Shown one piece after another: positions 47,991 through 61,320 of a DNA stretch of 64,000 nucleotides. The position numbers were made by a program, and so were the translations under genes. Source of the stretch: Chiloscyllium plagiosum (taxonomy: Eukaryota); NCBI RefSeq assembly GCF_004010195.1, contig NC_057719.1, forward strand, positions 60,163,051 through 60,227,050, written 5' to 3'. The notes beneath the pieces were generated by a model. That model searched no databases. It saw nothing but the letters and a program-made list of their open reading frames with translations, and had not been told where the DNA came from. How positions within the stretch are numbered: position 1 is the stretch's first letter; the number at the start of each line of letters is the position of its first letter.

Positions 47991-50900
47991 CCTGCACATG
48001 CAACTCGATTCTCTTATCCTAATCACTATTTAACTACTACACCACACATTTTACCTGTCCCTAGCTACAACCTGTCTGGACAGCCTCTAAGTCAGTCCCC
48101 AGTTCCCACTGTAGACCTGTAGTTAGTCGTTGTCCAGCAAAGAAGCATCACATATAGGCAATTCCAAACACAAGCATGAGTTTTTCTTCAATGAAGGGAA
48201 AGGGAACAGGAATGAAGTCAATAGAGGCTGAATTGCATCTCACCATGCCTACCAGAATTTGGCAGGCATCATGATCAAAAATGTTACAGTCATCAATTGT
48301 GTGCTAATCCAGCTCTCTTTATTGGAACTAGATACAAATCAGGTTCTGTCTGTCTTGTAGCATCCAGCACAACTAAACTCTGTCATGGACATCATCAGCT
48401 TACTCCACCTTAATATCCTCACCCTTCTTCTCGGACAACTACTCCTGTTCCCCAGTTCCTGTCTGCTCCAATTGTGCAGAGCACAGTGGGCCGGATGATG
48501 CTGAACACCTTGTCTGGACTACACTGGATACTGTTCCAGAATCCTCCAGCCCAGGCTAAAACATTAACTTTGGGGGAAATTAAATGAACTGGCGTGATCT
48601 TTTGCAGATAACATCGGTCACCATTCTGATACATTTATGGGTGCATGACAGAGATCCCACAAAAGTCCCATCACTCCCTGGAAAGAGCCAGTTACAGTGC
48701 CACAGTGGCCTTCACAGCCACCAGCAGAGGATGACCTCCTCCTCTTACAGCCCTCAGCTCCTGCAGCAGGGTAGTCTAACATTCTTCCATCACAGTATCC
48801 TGGGACATACATCGCTCTTGTCCCAGAAATTGAGTCAGGGCCTAAAAAAAAAACTCAGGGTCTTCTGTGCATCCCACAAATCCTGAGAGATCCTGCGAAT
48901 GTGAGCTCTCCCTGAGCTGGGTGCTCGACACATATTGTGGGTGTGTGCTGCCATCTCTCTCCTCCTGACTCAGCTTTCACCTTCTTCAATAGACAGCCAG
49001 TGATCAGCAGGACCATCATTGTTGATGAAAAGCACCCAAATTTGGCACAGAAGGAGTGAAAGATGCTGAACCTGCTGAGTGACCACTACATGTCAGTGAG
49101 AAAGGACTGCCCACAGTGCAACAAAACCGTTCAAACCCTACACCCACACCAAATGCTGAACCTCAAGCTACATTCTACAATAAACAATCCTGATACAACA
49201 TGATACATCAAGAATTAAACTTGTGTGGCCTTTACAGTTGAATTGGAACTTGGTACCGTAATTGATGCAAACATCTACATGTCTTAAATGCCCAGAATCA
49301 ATATTCAAGCACAAATGGTATGTTCCAAATCACTTTTGACCATCATTTCACGCCTAAGTACCCTTAATCAGAATAAGTGTAAGACATGGGTGATACATTG
49401 ATTGCTAATATAATGTAGCTATGCTTTGGAAAATTCGGTTTCATGTTGCCTTTTGGTGCAATGTTGGGGCATTCAGCAAACATGTATTCTGTGCTACTGG
49501 CCATCAAACAGACTCTCTCTCCATCCACCCTGGGCATAATTCCAGCCATTTTCTAGAAGCACTGAGGCTAGAGAAGGAAATGTGATTGTGCTGGATATCA
49601 TCAGGTACAGTACCAGTTTAACCACCAGGTACCCAACCCCCATCTCAGGGTTGTATGCTCCTAGTTACCTTGTACTGCCCCACCAACCTATTTCAACCCA
49701 TCAGTACGAAATTGGCTTACAATTACCCTCCCTGCCCTTTGACCTGTGACATTGGTCCTTGCTGATACGCACCTCATTGGGCCTTATGTTTCCGCTGTGG
49801 TGGCCATGGGGGTGCTCACAGTTAATAATCTCCCCTCCCATAGTCTACCATGTCCTCTGATGCCATCCTGAATTCCGCCCATTGAACTTGAGTTTACCGT
49901 CACCATTCTTATCCCCTACTATTATAAATGTCTCTGCTTTCATCCCAGCCTCAACTCCTTGACTCGTCCTGTCATTGATAATCTTTGCTGCCACTACAAG
50001 TCACCCCTTGAATCCCTCCTGAAAGATCAACAGACACTCAGAATTGTGTTTGTCCCAGATCTGTGAACAAATTCAAAAAAAGACCTGAAGATATGACTGA
50101 CCGACCCCTGACTGCTGTGTTTGCAGATCCTTGAATGATGACACATGATTCTCCTGACTGCTTGTGCTGGCCCTATTGGACTGACCACAGGAGCTCCCTG
50201 GACACACCCCTGACCATGACTGTCCAAAGTAGCCACCTGTGTCGAAGTCCTAAATTGTGTGCAAGTGGTTCCCTTACCAGTATCAGGATCCTTTGGCCAA
50301 CAACAACCCATCCTTGATCCTCACCAGTTTCTGACAAAGCCATTTGGTTGAATGAATGTACAATGTGTTTGTCATGCATACAGCTGGCACATGCCATAGC
50401 TAATAGATAACCATCTAGGTGTGCCATATATCAAGATATTTGTACACCGACCACTCCCACCCCCAGGACATTTCAATGTTAACAAGCGACCCTGTCTGTG
50501 TGACTGCACTAAATATTCCCTTAAAAATGCAGTAGTGAAAGCATTTGGCTCTGGCTGAAGTGTCAATGTGCTAACAGGTGAGGCATAGCATGGCATGGCA
50601 AGGTTCAGCATGGATGATGTGAGCATGAAGATAAACACAAAATGAGGGAGTGCGAGGTGAACAAAATATCCCTGCAGCTGGTACACCCTGCAATGTAAGT
50701 CTATGCATCATGAGTGAATTGCCCATGTCTTGATGCCATGATTTTTCCCAGGTTGGCAGATGCTAGATGCCAGTGTTTGTAGACAAGGAGTGAGTGTGGC
50801 TGGTGCCTGTGAAACATGCCATAAGATGTTGCCCAATGTCCAGAGTGCAGGTAATTTAGAGTCAGTGATGAGCTAAATCTGCCAGGTATATGCTCTGGTT

Positions 50901-53136
50901 TCCTTGGGTTGAGCTTTCTTAACTTGTTTGGCAAATTTGGAAAGATAGGGGTCTAATAATAGCGAGGCAAGCTATGCCATGAACAAGGCTTTGAACAAGT
51001 GTAAACACCCATAAATTAGCAACTTAATGTCACCTAGTGAGAATCATGCCATGCCACCGTGTAAAGCATACAAGATGTTCCTGACATTAAGATAGACCTT
51101 GCTATACTTGTCATGGAGTCTGTCACACATCTCACTAGAGTCCATGCTGCTCAGACTCCATAAGATTCCGCCATTTGTTTTGAAAGCTGGCACATCAAAC
51201 CTTAAAATTATGAATAATGCCTCATAGGAGCACGATTCTATGAGAGCACTCTCAATTTAGATCAATTAAGCACAGATTGAAAGTGGGCTATTTCTTGTCA
51301 AATGGGATAGCCTTGAAGAATTTGGATTCATGGAATCTGAACTTGTTCAGTGTGTGGAATGTAAAAATTACTAATAATAATAAAATCTATGCTCATGCTC
51401 CTGTTTTAAAGTCATCAAAATTCAGCTTACTACATGCACCATGCCCCCTTTTTTATATAATAACTACAAACTATACTTTCCGCTTATCAACCTCTTCCCT
51501 CAATCAACAATAATACCTCAATTTTGACTTTACCTTATTCATTTTCATCACATGAATGTGGCATGTTTTTGGCTTAAACAAATTAATTCGGGAATGCCAC
51601 TTACTTATATATTTAAATCAGTTCTTAAAACTCACAGAAACTGAAACTCTCAATCGCATGTTAACTCCAGTTAATATCAAAACATTAGCTAAATCACTGA
51701 AGTGAAAGTTTTTATCACACAGAGGTTCCCATCAACACAGTCAATTCAACAACTGTGCCTTTCATCTCAACATGATAAAATAAACTTTTGTAAAATGTCA
51801 AAATCGCTTTACGCTTGTGATTGCATCCAGTTGAGATATGAGGTTGGAGAACTGAAGAATGCGAAATGCTTGACTGAATTGGTGTTCAAAATCTTTTTAA
51901 ACAACTATCAAATTTGACAGCCAAATAGGTTAACAATTGAAAAATAAAGTACATTCTGAGCTCTATTTCTCAACTCTAGCATTTTCTAATTGAACAGCAC
52001 TTGAGCCTTGTGCAAGAACAAAAACAGGAGGAGTAAATCAAAAGAAATGAACTTATATCAAATACAGTTTCACAGTCGTCAGGAAATAAAAGCATTATTT
52101 TAAACAAGGGGTGAGCAGAGAATTAAATCTTTGTTAGGATCATATGATGGGAGCCCATCAGCAATCTACTGATGTAAAATCATAAAATGTAACATGATGT
52201 GGGTCTAGAGAGGTCTCTTTTGGCTGTTAGTTCATCATCATCACTTAAATTTCTGGTTACAGTCCTGATATTTATGACTTTAAGTATAACATTTTGAAGC
52301 TAACATTAGGAACCAATGTTAAAACTGGAGTAAAGTTCCCAGCTGATGTGATGAAAGATGGATGATTTAGAATATACATATATATGTCTGAAAGAAAATT
52401 TCAAACTTGTGGCAAATAAAAGTTAATCTATTTTGTGAAGTGGTTAAAAAGAAAGTAGGTCAATATTTCCAGAAGTATGACTTAAAACTGATATGCATCA
52501 GACAGCAGGTGATTCAAGGCCTCCTGGAGTCTTAATGGAAGTCTATTTAAAATGTGGATAAAATGAAATGAGAGACAAAACATGAAGCCATTAGCTTTAT
52601 TAAAAACTATGCTGGGCAAGTTTTTAAAACATTATTTCAAAATATTTTGGTACAGTTTGAAGGGCACCTGACTGGTCAAATGCAAATATAGATTCTCCTA
52701 ACAAAATGAGATTTTTTAAAGCAGTTAAATGACTACGTTACCTCAGAAGAAAAGTGTAGTTCGTGAAATTTCAAGACCAGGCATGTTGGTTAGAACTCTG
52801 CAGATTATTAAAAGATTCAAACGGTCCAAATTCTCAGTGTTTGAATATTCCAAGAAAAAAAATTGAGAGATGTACCGTGAAGAAGTAGCTAGGTTTATCC
52901 TACAGACTGCATAAGGAAATAAAAGATCTCTGGATTTTAATTAACTGTAGAGTAATGATGGCATTGGAAGAGTAGCTGGAATTTTGTTTTATTGTTTTTT
53001 TTAATCTTTCAAACTCTGCTATATTTCGATAGAAAAATAGTATAAAACAAGCCAGGTCATGTATTTTGAGTAATAAACGTTTGTTTTCTTGTCAAAACCA
53101 AACCTGCAGCACTGTATGCTTGTATTGCAGTGAAGA

Positions 53137-53370
53137 ACTGAAAATGTGTTGCTGGAAAAGCACAGCAGGTCAGGCAGCATCCAAGGAACAGGAGAATCGA
53201 TGTTTCGGGCATGAGCCTTTCTTCAGGAATGAAAGTGGGCTATTCCTGAAGAAGGGCTCATGCCCGAAACGTCGATTCTCCTGTTCCTTAGATGCAGCCT
53301 GACCTGCTGTGCTTTTCCAGCAACACATTTTCAGCTCTGATCTCCAGCATCTGCAGTCCTCACTTTCTCC
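53137..53370. mobile_element. Palindromic Penelope-type pseudo-LTR insertion (family A) with hammerhead motifs on both strands
   Basis: ~93-bp inverted arms around a short spacer (GAAAGTGGGCT). Perfect 16-bp TSD TGTATTGCAGTGAAGA (53121-53136, 53371-53386). Confidence 0.88.
53242..53277 (+). ncRNA. Minimal type I hammerhead ribozyme motif (putative)
   Basis: auuc CUGAAGA a GGGC ucau GCCC GAAA CGUC gauu. Intact core, GUC site, palindromic ACGU in place of stem III, imperfect stem I. Confidence 0.65.
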
Positions 53371-53454
53371 TGTATTGCAGTGAAGACCACTACATCAAAT
53401 TATACACAAAGTATGATCTATCAAGTCAGATTTCATTTGGAATCTGACTTATTA

Positions 53455-54580
53455 AGGATGGGGTTTCTAAATTCTTGGAAGAGCAGAGTCTGATTAGAAC
53501 AAGTCAACATGGATTTAGTAAAGGGAGGTCATGCCTGACAAACCTTGGAATTTTTTGAAGAGGTAACAAGTAGGTTAGACCAGGGAAACCCAGTGGATGT
53601 GGTCTATCTAGACTTTCAAAAGGCCTTTGATAAGGTGCCACACGGGAGGCTGCTGAGCAAGGTGAGGGCCCATGGTGTTCGAGGTGAGCTGTTGGGATGG
53701 GTCCCGCAGGGTTTGGTGCTGGGGCCACAGCTGTTCGCATTATATATTAATGATTTGGATGAGGGAACTGGGGTCATTCTAGCGAAGTTTGCCGATGATA
53801 CGAAGTTAGGTGGACAGGCAGGTAGTACTGAGGAGGTGGGGAGGCTACAGAAGGATCTAGACCGGTTGGGAGAGTGGTCCAGGAAATGGCTGATGGAATT
53901 TGAGCAAGTGCGAGGTCTTGCACTTTGGCAAAAATAATAAAAGCATAGACTACTTTCTAAATGGTGAGAAAATTAATAAAGCCAAAGCACAAAGGGATCT
54001 GGGAGTGCTAGTCGAGGATTCTCTAAAGGTAAACATGCAGGTTGAGTCCGTGATTAAGAAAGCGAATGCAGTGTTGTCTCTTATCTCAAGAGGGTTGGAA
54101 TATAAAAGCAGAGATGTACTACTAAGACTTTATAAAGCTCTGGTTAGGCCCCATTTGGAGTACTGTGTCCAGTTTTGGTTCCCACACCTTAGGAAGGACA
54201 TACTGGCACTGGAACGAGTCTGGCTTGGAAAAGGTGGATGCTAGGAAATTGTTTCTGTTAGGCGAGGAGACTAGGACCCGTGGACACAGCCTTAGAATTA
54301 GAGGGGGTCATTTCAGAACAGAAATGCGGAGACATTTCTTCAGCCAGAGAGTGGTGGGCCTGTGGAATTCATTGCCACGGAGTGCAGTGGAAGCCGGGAC
54401 GCTAAATGTCTTCAAGGCCGAGATTGATAGATTCTTGTTGTCTAGAGGAATTAAGGGCTACGGGGAGAACGCTGGTAAGTGGAGCTGAAATGCGCATCAG
54501 CCATGATTGAATGGCGGAGTGGACTCGATGGGCCGAATGGCCTTACTTCCACTCCTATGTCTTATGGTCTTATGGTCTTA
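53455..54580 (+). mobile_element. Relatively young 5'-truncated CR1-clade LINE RT with internal deletions
   Basis: QHGFSKGRSCLTNL, YLDFQKAFDKVPH, VPQGLVLGP, KFADDTK, LYKALVRPHLEYCVQFW, FFSQRVVGLWNSLP. The 3' tail is (TCTTATGG)n. Confidence 0.95.
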
Positions 54581-54920
54581 TCCAGTGGTAACAACTTGGA
54601 CCATAACTTTGATGGAGCTCCCAGACTGAGAAAAGCCCTCCCCCCCAGGCCTCAGTTGACAGTTAATCCATCAACCGTTGCCTCAGCAAAACTCATGAGT
54701 GAACATATCAACAATAGGCACAGGAGAGAACCAGGCTCTGACTGGAGGAGCAGCTCATTACAAATTGAACTTACATTTTTCTCTGATTGGTTGCCTCATA
54801 GTTGGGTATAAATTCTTTCTCAGCCCCTTCACATATTGCAAGCATTGGTGAATTTTAAATACCAACTTCCCAATCCATGTGAATTGCCAAACAGAAGCCA
54901 AAATAACTGCTTTCCACAGA

Positions 54921-54921
54921 G

Positions 54922-54966
<45 letters not shown>
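54921..54966. repeat. Compound (AT)n(AG)n microsatellite
   Basis: Direct reading. Confidence 0.95.
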
Positions 54967-54969
<3 letters not shown>

Positions 54970-56133
54970 TGGGATACAAAGTAACAAAGTAGGTGTGTAA
55001 TGATCACCTTTGTTCTGCAATTCATCATGCCAGAGGCATTGGGATCAAATCTTCAAGTTATCCTCTGACAGACGAGGCAGCAGAGCTCTGGAACACTGTT
55101 TTAAAATTCTTAATTGAGATATGGGCATCATTGACAAGGCCACCATTTATTTCCCATTGCTAATTGTTATTGAACTGATTGGTTCAGAGAGCAACTAACA
55201 GTTAAGCCCACTTCTGTTCATGTAGAGTCACATGTCAGACAGACTGGGTAAAGATGGAAGATTACCTTCTCTAAGTGGCATTAGTGAACCAGGTGACAGT
55301 AAAATAGACATTGAATGTTTACTCTGTAGAGGAGGTGTACAAATATCTGCAAAATGAATTTGATGTACTTGGGGAATGGACCAAATAATTAAAATTGCAA
55401 CATCATCTATACAAATGCAGTATAATACTTGTAATTAGAATCAACATTGAATATGTATACAACTTATAAGGAATGATACTGAAAGTGCTTGGGAGAAAAA
55501 CGATGGTGCAATTGTGCACAGATTACTTAACGTTCATGACCAATTCACAGAAGCTGCATTTTACAAGACGTGTAATATTGATACATTAGAAAATTAAATG
55601 TGCTTTCAACAGGAAAGGGCACAACTTTATCCTTACACAGATTCGACTGCACCTAATTTAAAAAGTCCAGTTTAAGTCCTTTACGTGGCTACTGGTTTTT
55701 AGGCTCGGAGTAGGTGCAGAGGAGAGCCAGAAGTATACCTCTTAATTTAAGAAACTGTAGTCTTCAGTCAGACCTAATTACCTAGATCTATTTACTCAAG
55801 ACAGTGTAGATTTAAAGTCAACCTGATCCAGGTTTATAAAGTTTTAAAAGGGCTATATTGTGTGACATTGGATAGATTATTTGAATTGTCAGGTTGGACT
55901 ATAGGCAGGGCTTGCAGACAAACAATTCAAAAACATTGAATATTCAGTGTTCAATGGCCCTTGGATATTCAGTGGCCTTTGTTTTTCCTTTCCTATCATA
56001 TTCAATGTGGAGATGAGTAGATATTTAAATATGAAGGGAATTATAGAATATTGCAAGAAGGTGAAGTTGAGGTAGAAGATCACCTATGATTATGTTGAAT
56101 GGTGGAGGAGGCTTGAAAGGCCAAATGGTCTAT

Positions 56134-56560
56134 TCCAGGCAGAAAACTAGCCACCATGATACATGAACACCAACTAGCCACAAAATGATATGATCCTCTC
56201 TCACTACTATCCTTACATACAGATAAGGAAGGACACCACTTCGACTGGGACAACACATCCATCCTAGGACAAGCCAAACAATGACACGCAAGAGAATTCC
56301 TAGAAACATGGCATTCCAACCAGAACTCCAACAACAATCACATTGAGTTAGATTCCATCTACCACCCCCCTGAGAAAAGGAATAGGAAGTGACTTCACCA
56401 CAGAAAATGACATCACCAACCCAAAGAAACCTAAACATATAAATCGAAAGCAGGAATTTTCAGCATTGCTTTGCATGAGGCCCATTGAAGACGTTACCGA
56501 GTCGGGTAACAAAACATCTGGAAATGAACCTTGCAGCTCAGCGAGCAAACCTAGATCCAT
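56134..56560 (+). mobile_element. Penelope-like element 3' fragment (same family as 19140-19880)
   Basis: CAGGCAGAAAACTAGCCACC...CACTTCGACTGGGACAACACATCCATCCTAGGACAAGCC is the reverse complement of ~19450-19590. Decayed hammerhead at ~56482-56522. Confidence 0.9.
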
Positions 56561-56729
56561 ATACAGAAGTATACTTCCAGAAGACCTTCACTGACAAAGA
56601 AAATATTTTTCGACTTTATGCAATTTAGATTTGCTTTCATTGGTTAATTTTAGTGAGCGGGTAACCCAAGAAAACTAAGCTAATGAAGGCAAGCACCCCT
56701 GTTGGCTCATTTGATTGAACCTATTTTTC

Positions 56730-56830
56730 TAAACAACCAGTTCAGAGATTATACACTTCCGGCGTAAGTAGGACTTGAACCTAGGCCTCCTCGTCCAGGA
56801 GCAGGGACACCATTACAGCATCACAAGAGG
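56730..56830 (-). mobile_element. Short tRNA-derived SINE head
   Basis: Minus strand: GTGATGCTGTAATGGTGTCCC (A-box-like) and GGTTCAAGTCC (B box). Similar copy at ~10645-10740. Confidence 0.55.
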
Positions 56831-58324
56831 GCCCCATTTGACATGGTCATTACTCTACAAAATCATTCACTTGAAATTTCCTTTGTAATTCAAAATTATG
56901 GTCCATGTCTTATTGGATTTTTAGAGTTTTAAACAAAATATACACTTTACAAATTTTACACAAACTCAATAAAATCTAACAATAAAGTAATTAAATAATT
57001 CTGATCAAATGATATTCTCCTTTCGTGGTTGGGGTAGGAATTTTGTCTGATTTATATATTATATAGTGTTGGTACTCTTTGTCATTTTATGCCTGTACCA
57101 TTGTTTAATTTAGAATGAATCTAAGTTATCTGCATCAATTTAAAATTTCTCTATATCTGAGTAATCCTTTACAATAGACATGCTCTTTCAACATAATCTA
57201 AAAGCAGTGAATGGTTAACATGCTGCATAATGGTATATTCTGCAGTACTTCACTCTAGGCAGCCTTGAAGGATCTGAGAAGTTGTATAATAATGAAAAAT
57301 GTGCAATACTTGTGGGGCATCGCTTGTGCACATATTCCTACACCCACACATTCATCATTGAACATGTATTGTCACTGAAAGTTTAATTGCATAAACACTC
57401 TATAACTGTCCTGTCATATTTCTTGTCAGACTGGATTCCCTCTCTGGGCTTACTATCTCAGAAAACCATAATTGAATTGCTATTGAATCACACAGAGCTG
57501 AAAAATAAAATCTTTATGAATAGAATTTGTTTCCTATCTGAAGATTTGACAAATTGTGGCACAGGAAGGGCCGTGGTGATAATTTCTCAGTTTATTTTAG
57601 ACTGAATTATTTGCCATTTGCAGTTATCTCTTCACTAGAATTATGAGACCCCAAAAAAACTATGAATGTACCAAAATTTCAAGGCTATAACATACAGCAG
57701 TAATTGTTTCATCCTCAAGGGGGCACTGACAATATTGAATCTCTCACTACCTAGAACAGTTATGGCTCTTAAATAATCAACAAAACTCAGCAGCATTTAA
57801 ATTAATTTGTCATTAAAATTTGAATGACTCGACACTTTATTAGATTAGAAATGCAGAACATCAACCAACTGTGCAATTATTCACCTGTGCTGTCTGAAAT
57901 GAGAAAGTATAATAAAAAAATGCTCAGAGTTATTTTGAATTTTATAAGCATGACAGACATATTGGATGCACAGTTGAATATATTGGCTGGTTTGCTTGTT
58001 GTAAGAAAGTCAAATGGCAAGCGAATGGTTTTAATGTTTGTGCTCATTAGTTGAGAATTCATAGTTGAGAATAACAGTCTTATCAACAGTTGGTCAAAAA
58101 CATCAGATATCAGAAAATGATGATTTTTTTCAGCAGAGACAGATTAGATGAATACTCCATTGAAATAGAAAGTAATAAGGGCATATTATGGGGAACCTAC
58201 ATATTCAATTTAATTCCTGCATCAATACAGTTACTTAATGCACAACATCCTGATGCTTTTGGTTTACTTGGAAGATTTCTCCATTGAGAAGAAAAATGGT
58301 GTGCACACTTTGATTTACTGCTAA

Positions 58325-58845
58325 TCGAATCATAGCACAGAAGAATACCATTTGATCTATTGTGTTTATGCCAGCCCTATGAAAGAGCTGCCCAATTTAG
58401 TCATGAATTCTGGCTTTCCCTTCTTAATGCTGCAAATTAGTCCTCATCAAGTTTGTGTTTAATTGTAAGGGACCTGTTTCCATCTCACTTTCAGGCAGTG
58501 CATTCATCCTTAGACCAATCTGTATGAAAGTATTTATCCTTTTCTCCCCTATCATTTTAAATGTATAACCTTTGGTTACTGGACTTGAGACCGTGGAAAT
58601 ATCTTTTTCTCTATTCACTCAACAAAAAAGATGTCGACAATTGACTATCTCCAGTAGATCCTCTTAACCTCTGCTCTAAGAGGGCAATCCCATTTATTCC
58701 ATTCTCTCCAAATGACTGAAGTCTCTCAATCATGGTAACATCCCGGTGAACCACTTTTGATCCAGCTTCAAATCCTTGACATCCTTACTGGAATGTAACC
58801 CCAGAGTTGTAGATAATGCTTCACCTGAGGTCTAATCAGAGATGT
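58325..58845 (-). mobile_element. Decayed CR1-clade LINE 3' fragment
   Basis: ORF 58424..58618 (VTKGYTFKMIG..MNALPESEMETG) resembles the CR1 C-terminus. AATC(G/AT)AATCATAG tail. Confidence 0.7.
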
Positions 58846-58869
58846 TTAAAGGTTTTTGTTTGCTTGTGT

Positions 58870-60030
58870 AAGGGGAGTATCACCAGCAAGGCTTGTATTT
58901 ATTATTCATTTCTAATTGCCCTTGGTGGAGTGACCTGTTTTCTTCAACTGCAATTATGTGGTGTCAGTACACACACAAGTGAGGGACTTTTAGAATTTTG
59001 ATCCAATAATATTGGAGGAATGGCAATATATCTCCAAGTCAGGCATGTATGGGGTTTTATAGGGAACATGCAGGTGCAGATGGTCCCATTCATCTACTAC
59101 TGTGTCCTTCTAGATGATAAAAGTCAAGAGATTGGAGGTGTTGCTGAAAATCTTGTATCTTATAGATTTGATTTTATTAATTCGTGGGATTTGGGCATCA
59201 CTAGCTAGATGGAACGTTTGGTGCTTATCTGTAATTGTCCTCAAAGGGATAGTGTGAGCTGTCCTCTTTAACTGGTGCAGTTTTGGGGGTGTGGGTACCT
59301 TCCAAGTGCTGCTAAGAAACAGTTCCAGGTTTCTGGCACACCATCGGTTTAGGGGAGGCAGCAGAGTTTCAAGTCAGGATAGAGAGAGACTTGGAGGGGA
59401 ACTTGCAGGAGATCGTATTTTCATACATCTTCTAAGCTTGTCCTTCCAGATGACAGAGCTTTCAAGCTTTGAACGTGCTGTTGAAAATGCTTCAATGAAT
59501 TGTCCAGTGAATTTTGTAGATGATACAGACTATTGCCATTGGGTGCCAAATCATGGAGAGAATGAATAGAAAAAATTACATCTTAGAGTTTGGATCCCCA
59601 AAATCAGGACTAAACGTAGAGAGCAATACTTCCCTGTAGCCAAATTAGCAAAGTAACTGTTCAACAAGTGGATTTATGATTGATCACCTCCACGTTTGCC
59701 ATCCATGGTGGGTAGGTTTGCAAGGCTTACAGCCCAATCTGATGAAATTGCAATGAAGATGTTGCAACGAAGCCAGTGGAATCCACATGTGGCATGGACA
59801 CTGTAATTACACTAATCCTGGGGTTCATTGTTGACCAAATAATTAACTGGACCAGTCATAAATATATTTTGGCTAAAAGAACATGTCAGAGGCTAGGTAC
59901 TGTGTGGCAAGTAACAACATTTCCTGACTGCTCTAAGCCTGATCAACATCTAAAAAGCACAATTGAGGAGTGTAATGGAACACCTTTCACATGCCTGGAT
60001 GAATATAGCTTCAACCACAGTCAAAGGGTT
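58870..60030. mobile_element. Cluster of CR1/L2-group LINE fragments (two minus-strand 3' ends and a plus-strand RT piece)
   Basis: Repeated GGGCATCAC/GTATCACC..TAATTG(C/T)CCT 3'-end motif at ~58875 and ~59190. ORF 59776..60138 reads LGFIVDQIINWTSHKYILAKRTCQRLG. Confidence 0.55.
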
Positions 60031-60154
60031 AATTCACGACTAGGCAGCCCATCTCTTTGGCATCTCCTACATTATGTTCTGCCAAACATTGGGTTGAATG
60101 TTCCTGATATTAGGCAGGCGAGGAGGTGCGGTTCTTAAGAAAACAGCAGGGAGC

Positions 60155-61320
60155 TGTTCAAAAAAGGGAATAGGGATAACCCCGGGAATTACAGGCCAGT
60201 TAGTCTTACTTCGGTGGTAGGCAAAGTAATGGAAAGGTACTGAGGGATAGGATTTATGAGTATCTGGAAAGACACTGCTTGATTAGGGACAGCCAGCACG
60301 GATTTGTGAGGGGTAGGTCTTGCCTTACAAGTCTTATTGAGTTATTTGAGGAGGTGACCAAGCATGTGGATGAGGGTAGAGCAGTGGATGTAGTATACAT
60401 GGATTTTAGTAAGGCATTTGATAAGGTTCCCCATGGTAGGCTTATGCGGAAAGTCAGGAGGCAGGGGATAGAGGGAAATTTGGCCAATTAGATAGAANNN
60501 NNNNNNNNNNNNNNNNNNNNNNNNNNNNNNNNNNNNNNNNNNNNNNNNNNNNNNNNNNNNNNNNNNNNNNNNNNNNNNNNNNNNNNNNNNNNNNNNNNNN
60601 NNNNNNNNNNNNNNNNNNNNNNNNNNNNNNNNNNNNNNNNNNNNNNNNNNNNNNNNNNNNNNNNNNNNNNNNNNNNNNNNNNNNNNNNNNNNNNNNNNNN
60701 NNNNNNNNNNNNNNNNNNNNNNNNNNNNNNNNNNNNNNNNNNNNNNNNNNNNNNNNNNNNNNNNNNNNNNNNNNNNNNNNNNNNNNNNNNNNNNNNNNNN
60801 NNNNNNNNNNNNNNNNNNNNNNNNNNNNNNNNNNNNNNNNNNNNNNNNNNNNNNNNNNNNNNNNNNNNNNNNNNNNNNNNNNNNNNNNNNNNNNNNNNNN
60901 NNNNNNNNNNNNNNNNNNNNNNNNNNNNNNNNNNNNNNNNNNNNNNNNNNNNNNNNNNNNNNNNNNNNNNNNNNNNNNNNNNNNNNNNNNNNNNNNNNNN
61001 NNNNNNNNNNNNNNNNNNNNNNNNNNNNNNNNNNNNNNNNNNNNNNNNNNNNNNNNGGTACAACAGAGTGTTACAAGGGGACATAAATTTAAGGTGAAGG
61101 GTGGAAGGTATAGGGGGATGTCAGGGGTAGGTTCTTTAGAGTGGTGGGGGCATGGAATGTGCTGCCTGTGGGAGTGGCAGAGTCAGAATCATTGGTGACC
61201 TTTAAGCGGCAATTGGATAGGTATATGGATAGGTGCTTAAGCTAGGACAAACGTTCGGCACAACATCGTGGGCCGAAGGGCCTGTTCTGTGCTATATTGT
61301 TCTATGTTCTATATTCTATG
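60155..61320 (+). mobile_element. CR1-clade LINE RT, spanning the assembly gap
   Basis: PGNYRPVSLTSVVGK and ORF 60279..60491 SQHGFVRGRSCLTSLIELFEEVT..YMDFSKAFDKVPH. The 3' part after the gap ends in (TTCTATG)n. Confidence 0.93.
60498..61056. other. Assembly gap (559 N)
   Basis: Direct reading. Confidence 1.

Noticed and set aside
60488..61084. 198-aa ORF in the track
   Set aside because: Artefact of translating the N gap.
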